The notes under the pieces were generated by a model. It did not search any database. It was given only the letters and a program-made list of their open reading frames with translations, and had not been told where the DNA came from. Of a DNA stretch of 64,000 nt, positions 1 through 9,233 are shown piece by piece. This DNA is from an uncultured Elusimicrobia bacterium. Its GTDB lineage: Bacteria; Elusimicrobiota; Elusimicrobia; 2-01-FULL-59-12. The position numbers were made by a program, and so were the translations under genes. The stretch covers positions 1 through 64,000 of the forward strand of contig OY969767.1 in the NCBI GenBank assembly GCA_963702895.1. The letters are read 5' to 3'. Position 1 is the first letter of the stretch; every line of letters starts with the position of its first letter.

Positions 1-1
1 T

Positions 2-556
2 ATTTCGAGCTACGAGCTGCAACGCGCCTCGACTCCTCAGGTGTTGGTTCATGCGGTGAAGTCTGGGACCCCTATTCTTCAAACTGATCTCACGCCAGCA
101 TCCTCTTTACATAACGCGCCCATGAAATTGATCGCGCCATCCTCTAAACATGCGTATATTTTCAAACTGGATCGTCCATTTGGCCAGTTCGACAAGAGCA
201 TCACGGCAGGCAATCACATCGAAATTGTCCAATGGAATTCGAAGGACAAATCCAAAAAACGGGTGATTATCCGTGATGCTCGAGTTTTGGATACTATGCC
301 GGGCATTCAAAAAGGCAAAACCCCTGGAACACTCGCCATCATTGCCCTTAATTTTCAGGAAGCTGAACAACTTAACAACGCATTAAATAAAGCAGGTCCA
401 TTGGCTGCGATCGTGTTGGATGTAAATAGTCCACAAACTCCAGTGAGGATTCAGCGCTACCAACCCAGCCCCATGATCACGATCAGTCCAAAATATGCCT
501 CGAGATATAAGCTGATAACCTCTTTGTCGCAGGAGCGAAAACTGCAGTCGATGTGA
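2..556 (+). CDS. Flp pilus assembly CpaB/RcpC-like protein, 5'-truncated by the window edge
   Basis: Frame is open from position 2. End of a SAF-like segment (VHAVKSGTPILQTDL) followed by an RcpC-like pattern (ITAGNHIEIV...IIRDARVLD...ALNFQEAEQL). Visibly more AT-rich than the rest of the window. Confidence 0.55.
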   Translation: MSSYELQRASTPQVLVHAVKSGTPILQTDLTPASSLHNAPMKLIAPSSKHAYIFKLDRPFGQFDKSITAGNHIEIVQWNSKDKSKKRVIIRDARVLDTMPGIQKGKTPGTLAIIALNFQEAEQLNNALNKAGPLAAIVLDVNSPQTPVRIQRYQPSPMITISPKYASRYKLITSLSQERKLQSM

Positions 557-602
557 ATAGCTGATTGAAGTCGCCCATCATCTTCTATCCTCGAGTAATC
601 AA

Positions 603-862
603 GGACGGTCCTAACTAATCAACCTTTCTTTTGCTGCGATGGCTCATGTCTCGCCCCGCCCGTCTGGATGCCGCCGACAAGAAATCGGAAGTACAACGAC
701 AGTTTAAGACGGCGGGCATGGCTTGCGGGAGCTGGTGGAGCGCGTGGCCAAGGCCACCGATGTCATCGCCGGCGGCTGGTCAGGCTGCGCAGCGGGGCTT
801 GAAAGGGGTTCCGAAGTCGAAAGCGGCGCAGTGGGCCAAAAAGTGAATTAGTTAGACCGTCC
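603..862. mobile_element. Internally deleted IS remnant / MITE, 260 bp
   Basis: Terminal inverted repeats GGACGGTCCTAACTAAT (603-619) and ATTAGTTAGACCGTCC (847-862) match except for one extra C. Interior has short broken reading frames and no complete transposase. Confidence 0.6.
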
Positions 863-895
863 CTCTGCCGTCTCTGCCGCTCGCTGTTTCTCTCC

Positions 896-973
896 GTAAC
901 GGGGTATCAGAGTAACGGGGTATCGGTGTAACACCTTGCTGTGACTCCGATACTCCGACACTCCGTTACTCCG
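896..973. repeat. Imperfect palindrome built of 8-bp tandem units
   Basis: Left arm gtaac-ggggtatc-agagtaac-ggggtatc-ggtgtaac, 8-nt loop, right arm gtgactcc-gatactcc-gacactcc-gttactcc. Lies just downstream of the argC stop. Confidence 0.85.
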
Positions 974-981
974 GTACGACC

Positions 982-2001
982 TCATAGGAGGCCCGCCGTC
1001 TCTTCCAACCCGAACATCAGATTCATGTTCTGTATGGCTTGGCCGGCGGCTCCTTTGACGAGGTTGTCCAGCGCCGCCGTGATGATCGCTTCTCGACCGG
1101 AGGCAGACACGGAAATCCCGATCTGGCATTGGTTGGTATAGGTCACGGCTTTCACTTCCGGTGATTCATAAGCGCCCAGCACCGTCACGAAAGGTTCTTT
1201 CATGTAATAAGAAAGATAGGCCTCGCGCAAAGACTCCGCCGTCCTCTTCTTCGCCAAGGGCGCATAGAGGTTGGCAAGGATCCCCCGGTTCATGGGAGCC
1301 AGCTGCGGGACGAAAATTAACTCGTTGGAGATTTTACCAGCGCGTGCCCACTCTTGGTCGATCTCGGGCTGGTGGCGATGGCCTTTCAGGGCATAGGCCT
1401 GCATGCTCTCATCGAGCTCCGAGTAAAGATAAGCGGCCTCCACTTTGCGGCCGGCTCCTGAGATGCCGCTTTTGGCATCCACGATGATGGGGCCCTTGCC
1501 GAGAAGCTTCCCGGTGACAAGCGGCAGTCCTGCCAAGATGGCCGTCGTTGCGTAACACCCAGGGTTGGCGACCAGGCGCGCCCCACGAATCTTGTCGCGG
1601 TAGCGCTCCGGCAGGCCGTAGACCGCTTCTTTGATCAAGGAAGGGACAGGATGCTTACCATACCAAGACGCATATGTCTTGAGGTTCGTGATTCGAAAGT
1701 CTGCCGAAAGATCAATCACCTTGGTTCCTTTTTGAAAAAGCTGCGAGGCCGTCTTGGCCGCCGTGCCGTGCGGCAGGCCAAGAAAGACCACATCCGAATC
1801 CGTCGCAATTGCGGACAAGTTCGGCTTTTCCAGGATGTGCCGGACTTTGCCCTTCAGGAACTTGTGAATGTGCTGCACCGGCTGGCCTGCATAGCTCTCC
1901 GATGTGAGGTGTCGGACCGACACGTCGGGGTGTCGGACCAGGTAGCGCAAGAGTTCTCCGCCTGTATAGCCTGTGGCTCCAACGATCGATACGCGAATCA
2001 T
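982..2001 (-). CDS. argC: N-acetyl-gamma-glutamyl-phosphate reductase
   Basis: GATGYTGGEL NAD(P)-binding motif, VIDLSADFR, ANPGCY catalytic Cys, SGISGAGR, DNLVKGAAGQAIQNMN. Confidence 0.97.
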   Translation of the reverse strand: MIRVSIVGATGYTGGELLRYLVRHPDVSVRHLTSESYAGQPVQHIHKFLKGKVRHILEKPNLSAIATDSDVVFLGLPHGTAAKTASQLFQKGTKVIDLSADFRITNLKTYASWYGKHPVPSLIKEAVYGLPERYRDKIRGARLVANPGCYATTAILAGLPLVTGKLLGKGPIIVDAKSGISGAGRKVEAAYLYSELDESMQAYALKGHRHQPEIDQEWARAGKISNELIFVPQLAPMNRGILANLYAPLAKKRTAESLREAYLSYYMKEPFVTVLGAYESPEVKAVTYTNQCQIGISVSASGREAIITAALDNLVKGAAGQAIQNMNLMFGLEETAGLL

Positions 2002-2696
2002 GGTTTTTCCTTTTCTCCGAAGAGAATGACAACTTCGCCCATGGGGGGCTTTTCCGACAGGCGCGCTCGCAAGTCCCTGGCGCTTCCTCTTAAAAACTCC
2101 TCGTGAATTTTCGTAAGCTCGCGCGCCACGACGACCGGGGCATCGGGCCCCGCGACCTCTTCGATCCAGCCGATCGTTTCAGCGGCCCGGTAGGGAGACT
2201 CATACACGACGACCGTCGCCCCGGTTCCGGAGGCTTCTTTCAGGACGCGCTTGGCGCGGGAGGGCCGCCTCGGGAGAAATCCTATAAAAAAGAACCGCTC
2301 TGTAGGGAGTCCCGATCCAACCAGGGCCGTGATCGCCGCGCAGGGACCAGGCAAAGAGACAACAGGCAGACCCGCCTGGATCGCGGCTTGGACCAGGGGC
2401 GTTCCCGGATCAGAAAGTCCCGGGGTGCCTGCGTCGGAAATCAGGGCCACGCGTTTATGGGCCTGAAGTTCCCGGAGGAGCTCCTCGGTGCGTTTCGGCG
2501 AACTATGGGCGTGGTAACTCCAAAGGGGCTTGGAGATGCCGAGATAGTTCAAGAGGCGTACACTGTGCCGGGTGTCTTCGCAGGCGACGAGATCTGCCCG
2601 TTTAAGAGCTTCCACGGCCCGCAAGGTGATGTCCGAAAGGTTGCCCAGGGGCGTTGGAACAATATAGAGCGTGCCGGTCGGCCAATGCTGTTCCAT
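1998..2696 (-). CDS. rsmI: 16S rRNA (cytidine-1402-2'-O)-methyltransferase
   Basis: LYIVPTPLGNLSDITLRA, ACEDTR, SDAGTPGLSDPG, YESPYR, RELTKIHEE motifs. 4-nt overlap with argC. Confidence 0.96.
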   Translation of the reverse strand: MEQHWPTGTLYIVPTPLGNLSDITLRAVEALKRADLVACEDTRHSVRLLNYLGISKPLWSYHAHSSPKRTEELLRELQAHKRVALISDAGTPGLSDPGTPLVQAAIQAGLPVVSLPGPCAAITALVGSGLPTERFFFIGFLPRRPSRAKRVLKEASGTGATVVVYESPYRAAETIGWIEEVAGPDAPVVVARELTKIHEEFLRGSARDLRARLSEKPPMGEVVILFGEKEKP

Positions 2697-2705
2697 GGGG
2701 AAGCG

Positions 2706-3833
2706 CTAGGCCTCTCGGGAGGCCAAGACAGCAGCGCTGGGCTGTTCGGTCGTTGGGATGCCTTCCCGCTCGAAGCGCTCCACCAGGCGAAGGAAAAGAT
2801 CGACGAGCTTGGGATCAAATTGGGTGCCGGCCTGGCGACGGAGCTCGCTGATCGCTGCCGCCTTGGGCATGGCTTTGCGATAAGGCCTGTCCGAAGTCAT
2901 GGCGTCCCAGGCGTCCAGGATCTGGACCACCCGCGCGCCGAGAGGGATTTCTTCACCGGCGAGTCCTTCGGGGTATCCCGAGCCGTTGTACCATTCCTGA
3001 TGGTAGAGCACAATTGAACCGATTCCCTGAAGCGCGGCGACGGATTCCAGGATTGTTTTCCCGAGCCGCGCATGGGTTCGCATGAGTTGACGTTCTTCCG
3101 GGGTGAGCTCGCCCGGTTTTTTGAGGATCGCGTCATCGATGCCAATTTTCCCGATGTCATGAAGCAACGCACCCTCTTCAAAGATCTGAATGAGGGCTTC
3201 CGGCAAAGCCAGTTCATTCGAGAGGGCGCGGGCCAGCATTTTGGTGCGTTTCGCGTGCCGGTGGGTGTAGGTGTCCCTCGCTCCCAAGGTGCGCGTGAGG
3301 GCCTCGACGATTTCTGCCCGGTTCCTTTTCGCCTCGCGAAAGAGGGTTTGGTTCGCCAAAATGAGCGTGACTTGCGTGGCGAGAAGCAAGAATAACGATT
3401 TGTCTTCAGCGGAAAATGTTTTCTGGGAGGGGCGCGCGGCAGCCAAAATCCCCAAGGGCTCCGCCTTAAAGTGGAGGGGTTGAACGAGCAGCGGCGCCGT
3501 GAGCAACGAGGACAAGTCCTCAGCCGAGAGGAGGCGCATGGTGGAAAGCGTTTGGGGTAAAAAGCCCCGCGCGGCCAGCGGCGCAAACTCCAGCGTCAGG
3601 GGATCGTAAACAAGAAAAAGAGCCTGCTCCGCGTGCAGGAGCGCGTGAAAGATGTCGACCACAGCTTCCGCGAAGGGCCTTTCCGGGATCTGCCCATCCG
3701 GGGCCACTCCGAACGATTGCAATCGACCCAGAACCCCCGCCAGGCGCGCCGCCTTGCCCTGTTCTTTCTCAAGCTCGCTTTGGAGGTCCTGGAGGTGTTT
3801 TTTGAGGAGAGCGTTTTCCTTCCACCACCACAT
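2706..3833 (-). CDS. GAF + HD-GYP domain protein (probable cyclic-dinucleotide phosphodiesterase)
   Basis: N-terminal coiled coil, GAF-like segment, then RDTYTHRH, LLHDIGKIG, HQEWYNGSGYP, DAWDAMTSDRPYR and GTQFDP. Confidence 0.9.
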   Translation of the reverse strand: MWWWKENALLKKHLQDLQSELEKEQGKAARLAGVLGRLQSFGVAPDGQIPERPFAEAVVDIFHALLHAEQALFLVYDPLTLEFAPLAARGFLPQTLSTMRLLSAEDLSSLLTAPLLVQPLHFKAEPLGILAAARPSQKTFSAEDKSLFLLLATQVTLILANQTLFREAKRNRAEIVEALTRTLGARDTYTHRHAKRTKMLARALSNELALPEALIQIFEEGALLHDIGKIGIDDAILKKPGELTPEERQLMRTHARLGKTILESVAALQGIGSIVLYHQEWYNGSGYPEGLAGEEIPLGARVVQILDAWDAMTSDRPYRKAMPKAAAISELRRQAGTQFDPKLVDLFLRLVERFEREGIPTTEQPSAAVLASREA

Positions 3834-3840
3834 GAGCGCT

Positions 3841-3883
3841 ATTTTAGCTCAAATTGACAACCTTCGAATATATCGTGTATAAA
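3841..3883. promoter_or_regulatory. Overlapping divergent sigma70-like promoters
   Basis: Plus strand: TTGACA (3854-3859), 18 bp, TATAAA (3878-3883) ahead of ndk. Minus strand: TAAAAT (3846-3841) 7 nt before the HD-GYP ATG. Confidence 0.6.
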
Positions 3884-3893
3884 ACAGATCTCC

Positions 3894-4415
3894 ATGGGCA
3901 ACGCCAATATTCAAAACACGCTTGTCCTCGTCAAGCCCGATGGCCTCAAAAAGTCCCTCACCGGCAACATTTTAACCAAGCTCGCGGAGACCCGCCTGAT
4001 TATTGTGGGCGCGAAAGTGATCAGTGTCACCCAGGAGCTCGCGGAACAGCATTACATCCACCTCAAGGACAAACCTTTTTTTCCGGACCTCTTGAACTAT
4101 CTTCAGGGCAAGATCTATGGAGAGGAATATCAGCGGGTGCTCGCCATGGTTTATCGGGGCGACAACGCCATCCAAAAAGTCCGGGAGATCGCAGGCGCGA
4201 CGAACCCCGAAGAGGCCGATTCCACCTCCATCCGCGGCGCTTATGGCCGCATCACCACCAAGGGCGTTTTTGAAAACGTCATCCACGCCTCCTCGTCTCC
4301 GGCAGATGCCGAGCGCGAGATCAAGCTCTGGTTTAAGCCGACCGAAATTGTCGGCAGCATCTACCCTACCCAAAAAACACTCACCGAAGCGCGCGAAGAA
4401 CTCGTCTGGGCGTAG
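3894..4415 (+). CDS. ndk: Nucleoside diphosphate kinase
   Basis: TLVLVKPDG, EQHYIHLKDKPFF, GATNPEEA..SIRG, ENVIHASSS with the catalytic His. Confidence 0.95.
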   Translation: MGNANIQNTLVLVKPDGLKKSLTGNILTKLAETRLIIVGAKVISVTQELAEQHYIHLKDKPFFPDLLNYLQGKIYGEEYQRVLAMVYRGDNAIQKVREIAGATNPEEADSTSIRGAYGRITTKGVFENVIHASSSPADAEREIKLWFKPTEIVGSIYPTQKTLTEAREELVWA

Positions 4416-4424
4416 GGGCGCTCA

Positions 4425-4567
4425 GGCTGATGGCTCTCTGTTCGCTCCGTACACCAGTCGCTCACCAGAGAGCCATCAGCCTTCGCTTGGGGAAGGTTGT
4501 GAAAGGCTTCTGTTCGCTCCGTACACCAGTCGCTCGCCAGAGATCGCCCAGCCCTCGCTCAGGATGA
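4425..4567. repeat. Two copies of a hairpin-loop repeat downstream of ndk
   Basis: tctgttcgctccgtacaccagtcgctc(a/g)ccagaga occurs twice (about 4437 and 4509). The first sits inside a 16-bp stem ggctgatggctctctg/cagagagccatcagcc. The region ends in a REP-like cgctcaggatga. Confidence 0.75.
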
Positions 4568-4586
4568 TTGAATTGGATTAATGGTC

Positions 4587-4620
4587 GTCATCCCGGCGGA
4601 TTGTTAGCCGGGATCCATCA
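4587..4620. repeat. Single REP-like palindrome (GTCATCCCGGC...GCCGGGATCCATCA family)
   Basis: Same consensus as the copies at 9981, 15365 and 17124. Confidence 0.8.
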
Positions 4621-4660
4621 TTTTGAAGTTCAGGTTGGGTCAGAATGGGGACAGACGCCG

Positions 4661-4951
4661 CTAAAATTTTCGCTTTCGAGTCATTCTCCAGGCGACGAAC
4701 GCCCAGGCGACGCCCCAACAGAGGAGGGATTGTAAGACACTGGAATCCTTCAGCTTGAGACCGCCAAACGGGAGGCTGTAGAACCGACCGTGCCCCGAGA
4801 TGTGCACGATCATCACCCCGATCGACACATAGCTCAGAAGGGCCAGCGCCAAGCTAAAAAAGACGATGAAAAGCCATTTTTTCTGCTGCATCCGAGCGTA
4901 TTGCGATACAGCCAACAGCAGCAGAATCAAGCTGATCAAGAACGACAGCAT
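4661..4951 (-). CDS. Small hypothetical membrane protein (about 3 TM segments)
   Basis: 96-aa ORF with three hydrophobic stretches and a basic C-terminus, co-directional with upstream genes. Confidence 0.6.
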   Translation of the reverse strand: MLSFLISLILLLLAVSQYARMQQKKWLFIVFFSLALALLSYVSIGVMIVHISGHGRFYSLPFGGLKLKDSSVLQSLLCWGVAWAFVAWRMTRKRKF

Positions 4952-4966
4952 GAGGGATGAGCCGCC

Positions 4967-5725
4967 TTATGATTTTGGAGAGGTGACGCGGTATTTAACG
5001 GAACGAACGCGGTAATCCACATTGTTTAAAACCCATTTCCACAGCTCGTTCTGTTGCGCGGGGTCAAGGCCAGGCTGGAGTTGCGCCGTCCAACCCTTCA
5101 TGACCTGTTCGTCCACCGTCCACATGCGAAGCCGACGGCGCGCGACCCGGGTCTCCCACTGGCTGCAGAGGGTCGGAGTGGGGTAAAGCAGGCGCAAGGT
5201 GACCCGGCGCGAGAGGAATTCTAAGGAAGAAACGTCCACCTGGCTGATACGCTCCTCTTTTTCCCCTGCGGTATCCGGGACCCCATCGGTGGCCAGAACG
5301 ACTTCGATCGGCGTCAGCGAGAGATTGCGCTTTTGAGCGATCAGTGCGACGCTGCGAAAGAAGGTGTCGAAATCTGTGTTCATATCGGACTTCGGAAACC
5401 ACTTTTTGAGGTCGGACTCAATCTCGGCGACCGACTTGCCCCTGAAATCCTCAATCGGCCGGAAGGACTTGGTTTCATCCGCGCTGTTCCCGCCGATCGT
5501 CCCCACAAACAGGGCCTTCACAGGCTCTAAGTTTCCTAAGCCCAATATATGTCCATGAATGTAATAAGAAAGGAACCGGAGGGCGTCGGGATAATGTCCT
5601 GTCCCGTGGAAGGACCCGCTGACGTCAATACCGACAAAGAGCGCGACCTGCTGACGACGGCCTCCGTCTGCCAAGCACGGAGAGGCCGCAAGGATGCATG
5701 CCAGAGCAAAAGATAACTTCTTCAT
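4967..5725 (-). CDS. Exported vWA-like protein
   Basis: Signal peptide MKKLSFALACILAASPCLA and MIDAS-like elements VGIDVSGS, NTDF, VLATDG. Confidence 0.7.
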   Translation of the reverse strand: MKKLSFALACILAASPCLADGGRRQQVALFVGIDVSGSFHGTGHYPDALRFLSYYIHGHILGLGNLEPVKALFVGTIGGNSADETKSFRPIEDFRGKSVAEIESDLKKWFPKSDMNTDFDTFFRSVALIAQKRNLSLTPIEVVLATDGVPDTAGEKEERISQVDVSSLEFLSRRVTLRLLYPTPTLCSQWETRVARRRLRMWTVDEQVMKGWTAQLQPGLDPAQQNELWKWVLNNVDYRVRSVKYRVTSPKS

Positions 5726-6939
5726 TTTCCAGCCTCCTTCATGGAGATCAGATTTTGAAGAAGCGTTTTGGTTTCGCCCGCCTGAGCGAGGTCCTTGAGC
5801 GGCACACTGAAAAGAGGCTTCGACAAGAACAGGACAAAGCAGAAATTGAGGGTCGTGGCGACGACCTGGAAGATCGGCAGAACAGCTGCTTCCAGAAGCG
5901 CATGAGCTTCGTCTTTAAACCATTCCTGCTCGCTTTTCAGCTTTTTGAACATCACATCCAGGCGCTGCTCCGCCCCAGCGCTGGCGGCCTTTGGCGTGCT
6001 CTCGCTGCCGAGACGCTCGCGGGCAATGAGTGCCAGAAGCGTCGGCGTCCCGTAGCGTCCGAAGAGAAACCAGACCATCGCGCGGATGCCCACCCATCCA
6101 AAGGCGGAAAGCAGCGTGACCGGCACAATCCCCATCTGCCAACCGGTTTGCGATGCAATCCACGGGGTCAGGGAATCGATGAGTTCGCGATAAAGGAAAG
6201 CGACTTCGACAAACATCACAAAGACTTCGACGATCGCCATCTGAATGATGGCTTTGACGTCTTTCTTCTCGGCCGCCTCCACCAGGACATTCAGGCAGGC
6301 AAAACTTCCCGAGATGAGGAAGAACAGCATCACAAAGAGCACCGGGAGCAAGAAGCGATGCGTCTCGCTGCCGACCAAATCGCTGATGATCTCGGTCATC
6401 GTCGGACTCAAGATATAGGCAAACACCCCCGCTTCGAGGATGGCCCAGAAGACGGTCATCAAAAACGCGATCCAAGGGACGCCCGGCTGACGCAAGCTGG
6501 CAGTGAAACGCCCCGTCAGCACAAACGGGAGCTCAAAGATCTCCCGTACGAGTTCCAGGGTGATCGTGGCCACGAGCCTTAAGAGGCCCCAGGCACATCC
6601 GAAGGCCACCAAGAGGAACTTGCCCATGCCTGCCCAAAACAGCCAGAGGCTCCGAGCGACATCCCACCAGAGCACAAGGAGGGTCCCCACAAGATTGAGC
6701 CGATGGCTCCGGAAGATCAAGGTGTAGCATGTGAAGAGGGTGCACCAGAGTCCCACCAGAAGGGACACGGCAGGCAGAAAAAGGAATATCTTTTTCAAGA
6801 TGGATACGGACCAGAGGTCTGAACCCCAGGCAGCCGCTAAGATATGCGCTTGAAGTGGCAAGAGCCAATTCAAGGGAACGACGACCAGTTCGAATAACCC
6901 TCTCCATTGTTCCGGAATCGCAGAGCTGATGGTAATCAT
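5722..6939 (-). CDS. Multi-pass membrane protein of unknown function
   Basis: AAGGAG RBS 6 nt before the ATG at 6939. Many hydrophobic helices. 4-nt overlap with the vWA-like gene. Confidence 0.8.
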   Translation of the reverse strand: MITISSAIPEQWRGLFELVVVPLNWLLPLQAHILAAAWGSDLWSVSILKKIFLFLPAVSLLVGLWCTLFTCYTLIFRSHRLNLVGTLLVLWWDVARSLWLFWAGMGKFLLVAFGCAWGLLRLVATITLELVREIFELPFVLTGRFTASLRQPGVPWIAFLMTVFWAILEAGVFAYILSPTMTEIISDLVGSETHRFLLPVLFVMLFFLISGSFACLNVLVEAAEKKDVKAIIQMAIVEVFVMFVEVAFLYRELIDSLTPWIASQTGWQMGIVPVTLLSAFGWVGIRAMVWFLFGRYGTPTLLALIARERLGSESTPKAASAGAEQRLDVMFKKLKSEQEWFKDEAHALLEAAVLPIFQVVATTLNFCFVLFLSKPLFSVPLKDLAQAGETKTLLQNLISMKEAGK

Positions 6940-6970
6940 AGGTTGCTCCTTATAGGCGAAGACGTTTCCC

Positions 6971-7021
6971 AAAGTTTAACAAAGCTTTACATCACTTACA
7001 CTAAATACTTCGCATTTACAA
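6971..7021 (-). promoter_or_regulatory. AT-rich promoter region with phased TGT(T)AA direct repeats
   Basis: aaagtttaac-aaagctttac tandem 10-mer plus further TTACA at 6996-7000 and 7016-7020. Confidence 0.45.
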
Positions 7022-7070
7022 GGGGAAAATAGATGCCCCTCGGCGGCACAGAAGAGCCGATGGGAATGGC

Positions 7071-9188
7071 TTAGCGCGCGAGGAGTTGTTTGGCGGTGGC
7101 CATGATGCCGGCGGCGTCGAGCCTGTTGCGGCGGTAATTCTCTTCCGTAGAGCCTGACCCGACGTCGCGGGCCAGCGGAGAGACATTCGCGCCGAGGCTC
7201 TTGAGGATGACCCCGGGCTTGCGGCCTTCCTTGCGGGCGGTGTTAATGGCTTCGGCGACACGATGGGCCAGAGCGTGCGCCTGGGCATCATGGACCGTGA
7301 GGACCGGCACGCCATCCTCCAAGTCCCGGAGGAAGGACGAGCCGGACTTTTGAATCTTGTTGAGGCTCACCACGTTGATCACGTTCACGCGGATGCCAGA
7401 AACGGCAAGGTCTTGGGCGGCCTTGATCGACTCGGCCACGGTGGCGCCGGAAGCCGCGATGATGAGATCAGCAGGCCCCTCTCCGCTGATGAGGTAGCTT
7501 CCTTCTTGGAGCTTCTTCACATAGTCCTTCACGCCCGAACGGTCGAGGTGCGCCACGCTGTGGCGCGTACATCGGAGGTAGATGGGATGCCGAGGAGCGC
7601 CGCCTTGGAGGACGCGCTCGACGATGAGGCGCGTGATCTCCGCCGCTTCCTGGGCGTCGGCCGGCTCATACATCTCAAAAAGATCGCCGTCAGGCCCAGA
7701 GAAATCGTCAATCATCCCGGGCGTGGAGACGCCCATCTGGCTCTTGCCATCCGGCCCCACACCACAGCCGGAGTGCGTTCCGACCGCGACATAGAAAGAG
7801 CCAAAGGCGGCCGCGTGATGAAGCTCGTCAGCGGCTTCCAGGAGGAAATTGTCGAATGTTCCGATAAAGGGAATGAGCCCTTCCAAGCCAAGCCCGGCGG
7901 ACTTGCCGCAGGCGTTGCACTCCGCGATGCCTTCCGGAAAGTAGGCGCCCAAGGGGTTGGACTTGCCGTGTCGGCGCGTCACTTTTTCCATCTCAAACAT
8001 TTGCACGGAATCCTGCAGGTCAGGGGAGGTTGCCACCACCTCGGGATAACAAGAGGCCAGATACGCCAAGGCCGAGCCAAAGCCCACGCGCGTGCCCATC
8101 GGTTTGTCCGTCACTTTGTAGGCGGGGAAGGCCACCTGCGCGGATTGGCGGATTTCCATGAGTTTCTCGCGACGCTCTTGAGAGTGCTGAGCGTTGAGCT
8201 GGTCCACATGGCCTCGGGTGGAGGCTGAAAGCGTACCCTCTTTCACAAACGCCGAAAGCTCTCCCGTATCCGGAGATCCCAGTCGTGCCTCAATGAGCAA
8301 CAAGGCTCTGGCGAGCTCGTCGTTCGTGGGAGCGACACCGTGAAATTTGTATTCGCCGGGCTTATGGTTCTTGTATTCCATGAAGTCGACGCCCTTGCCC
8401 TTGATCGTATCCACAATAACGACGGTCGGCTGGCCGGTGTGGTGAGCGTCTTTTTTGGCCTGAAGAAGCGCATTCCGCAGCTGGGTGATGAAGTCGCGGT
8501 TCTGGGCAGGCTCGGACGATTCCCCGGCGAGGGTGACGACTTTCCAGCCCAGGCCGGTGAAGACGTCCTCATAACGGATGCTGGCGACGTCCTGAATGCC
8601 CGCGGTTTGCTGGGCTTTGTTGCGGTTTAATATCCAGGTGAGGTTGTCAGTACCCAGGAGCGCGGCGTTCGAGGCCGCCTCATAGACCTGGCCTTCTTCC
8701 GCTTCGCCGTCTCCGATGATCGCAAAGGTGTGATAGTCGAGCCCTTTGTAGCGGGCCGCGAGCGCCATCCCGAGCGCTTTGGATCCCCCCATCCCGAGGG
8801 CGCCGGTCGAGCAGTCGACGCCTGGCGTGTTGCCCCGCGTGACATGTCCCTGGGCGATCGCATCCGGGTTTTTCCGAAGGTTCATGAGGTCGTCTTCGGA
8901 CCACCCTTTGAAGCCTGCTTCGACAAAGGCCGCGTAAAGCATCGGCGCAGCGTGCCCTTCGCTCAGGACCAGCCGGTCACGGTTGGCCCAGGAAGGGTCC
9001 TTGGCGTCATAGCGAAGGACGCCCCCGAAGAAAAGCGTCGACAGGACTTCGGCCAGCGACAAGGTGCCTCCCGGATGGCCGGAGCCTGCCTTGTTCAAGG
9101 CTTTCAAATTGAGAATACGCAAGCGCTCCGCTTCCAGGCGCAGCAGCTCGGCGATATCGACACGCTCTTTTTTGGTTATTGTGGGCAT
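7071..9188 (-). CDS. tkt: Transketolase (single chain, TPP-dependent)
   Basis: SGHPGGTLS, DRLVLSEGHAAP, TPP motif GDGEAEEG...WILNRN, TIKGKG, EGIAECNA, THSGCGVGPDGKSQ. Confidence 0.88.
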   Translation of the reverse strand: MPTITKKERVDIAELLRLEAERLRILNLKALNKAGSGHPGGTLSLAEVLSTLFFGGVLRYDAKDPSWANRDRLVLSEGHAAPMLYAAFVEAGFKGWSEDDLMNLRKNPDAIAQGHVTRGNTPGVDCSTGALGMGGSKALGMALAARYKGLDYHTFAIIGDGEAEEGQVYEAASNAALLGTDNLTWILNRNKAQQTAGIQDVASIRYEDVFTGLGWKVVTLAGESSEPAQNRDFITQLRNALLQAKKDAHHTGQPTVVIVDTIKGKGVDFMEYKNHKPGEYKFHGVAPTNDELARALLLIEARLGSPDTGELSAFVKEGTLSASTRGHVDQLNAQHSQERREKLMEIRQSAQVAFPAYKVTDKPMGTRVGFGSALAYLASCYPEVVATSPDLQDSVQMFEMEKVTRRHGKSNPLGAYFPEGIAECNACGKSAGLGLEGLIPFIGTFDNFLLEAADELHHAAAFGSFYVAVGTHSGCGVGPDGKSQMGVSTPGMIDDFSGPDGDLFEMYEPADAQEAAEITRLIVERVLQGGAPRHPIYLRCTRHSVAHLDRSGVKDYVKKLQEGSYLISGEGPADLIIAASGATVAESIKAAQDLAVSGIRVNVINVVSLNKIQKSGSSFLRDLEDGVPVLTVHDAQAHALAHRVAEAINTARKEGRKPGVILKSLGANVSPLARDVGSGSTEENYRRNRLDAAGIMATAKQLLAR

Positions 9189-9233
9189 CTCTTTGGGATT
9201 GATTCAGGTTTGGAGCGTAAGAATTTTAGCAAA

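Noticed and set aside
631..846. 71-aa ORF as an intact gene
   Set aside because: Lies wholly inside the TIR-bounded remnant and looks like joined fragments.
7036..7066. Intrinsic terminator after tkt
   Set aside because: The stem is interrupted, the loop is large and the U-tract is displaced; too weak to call.
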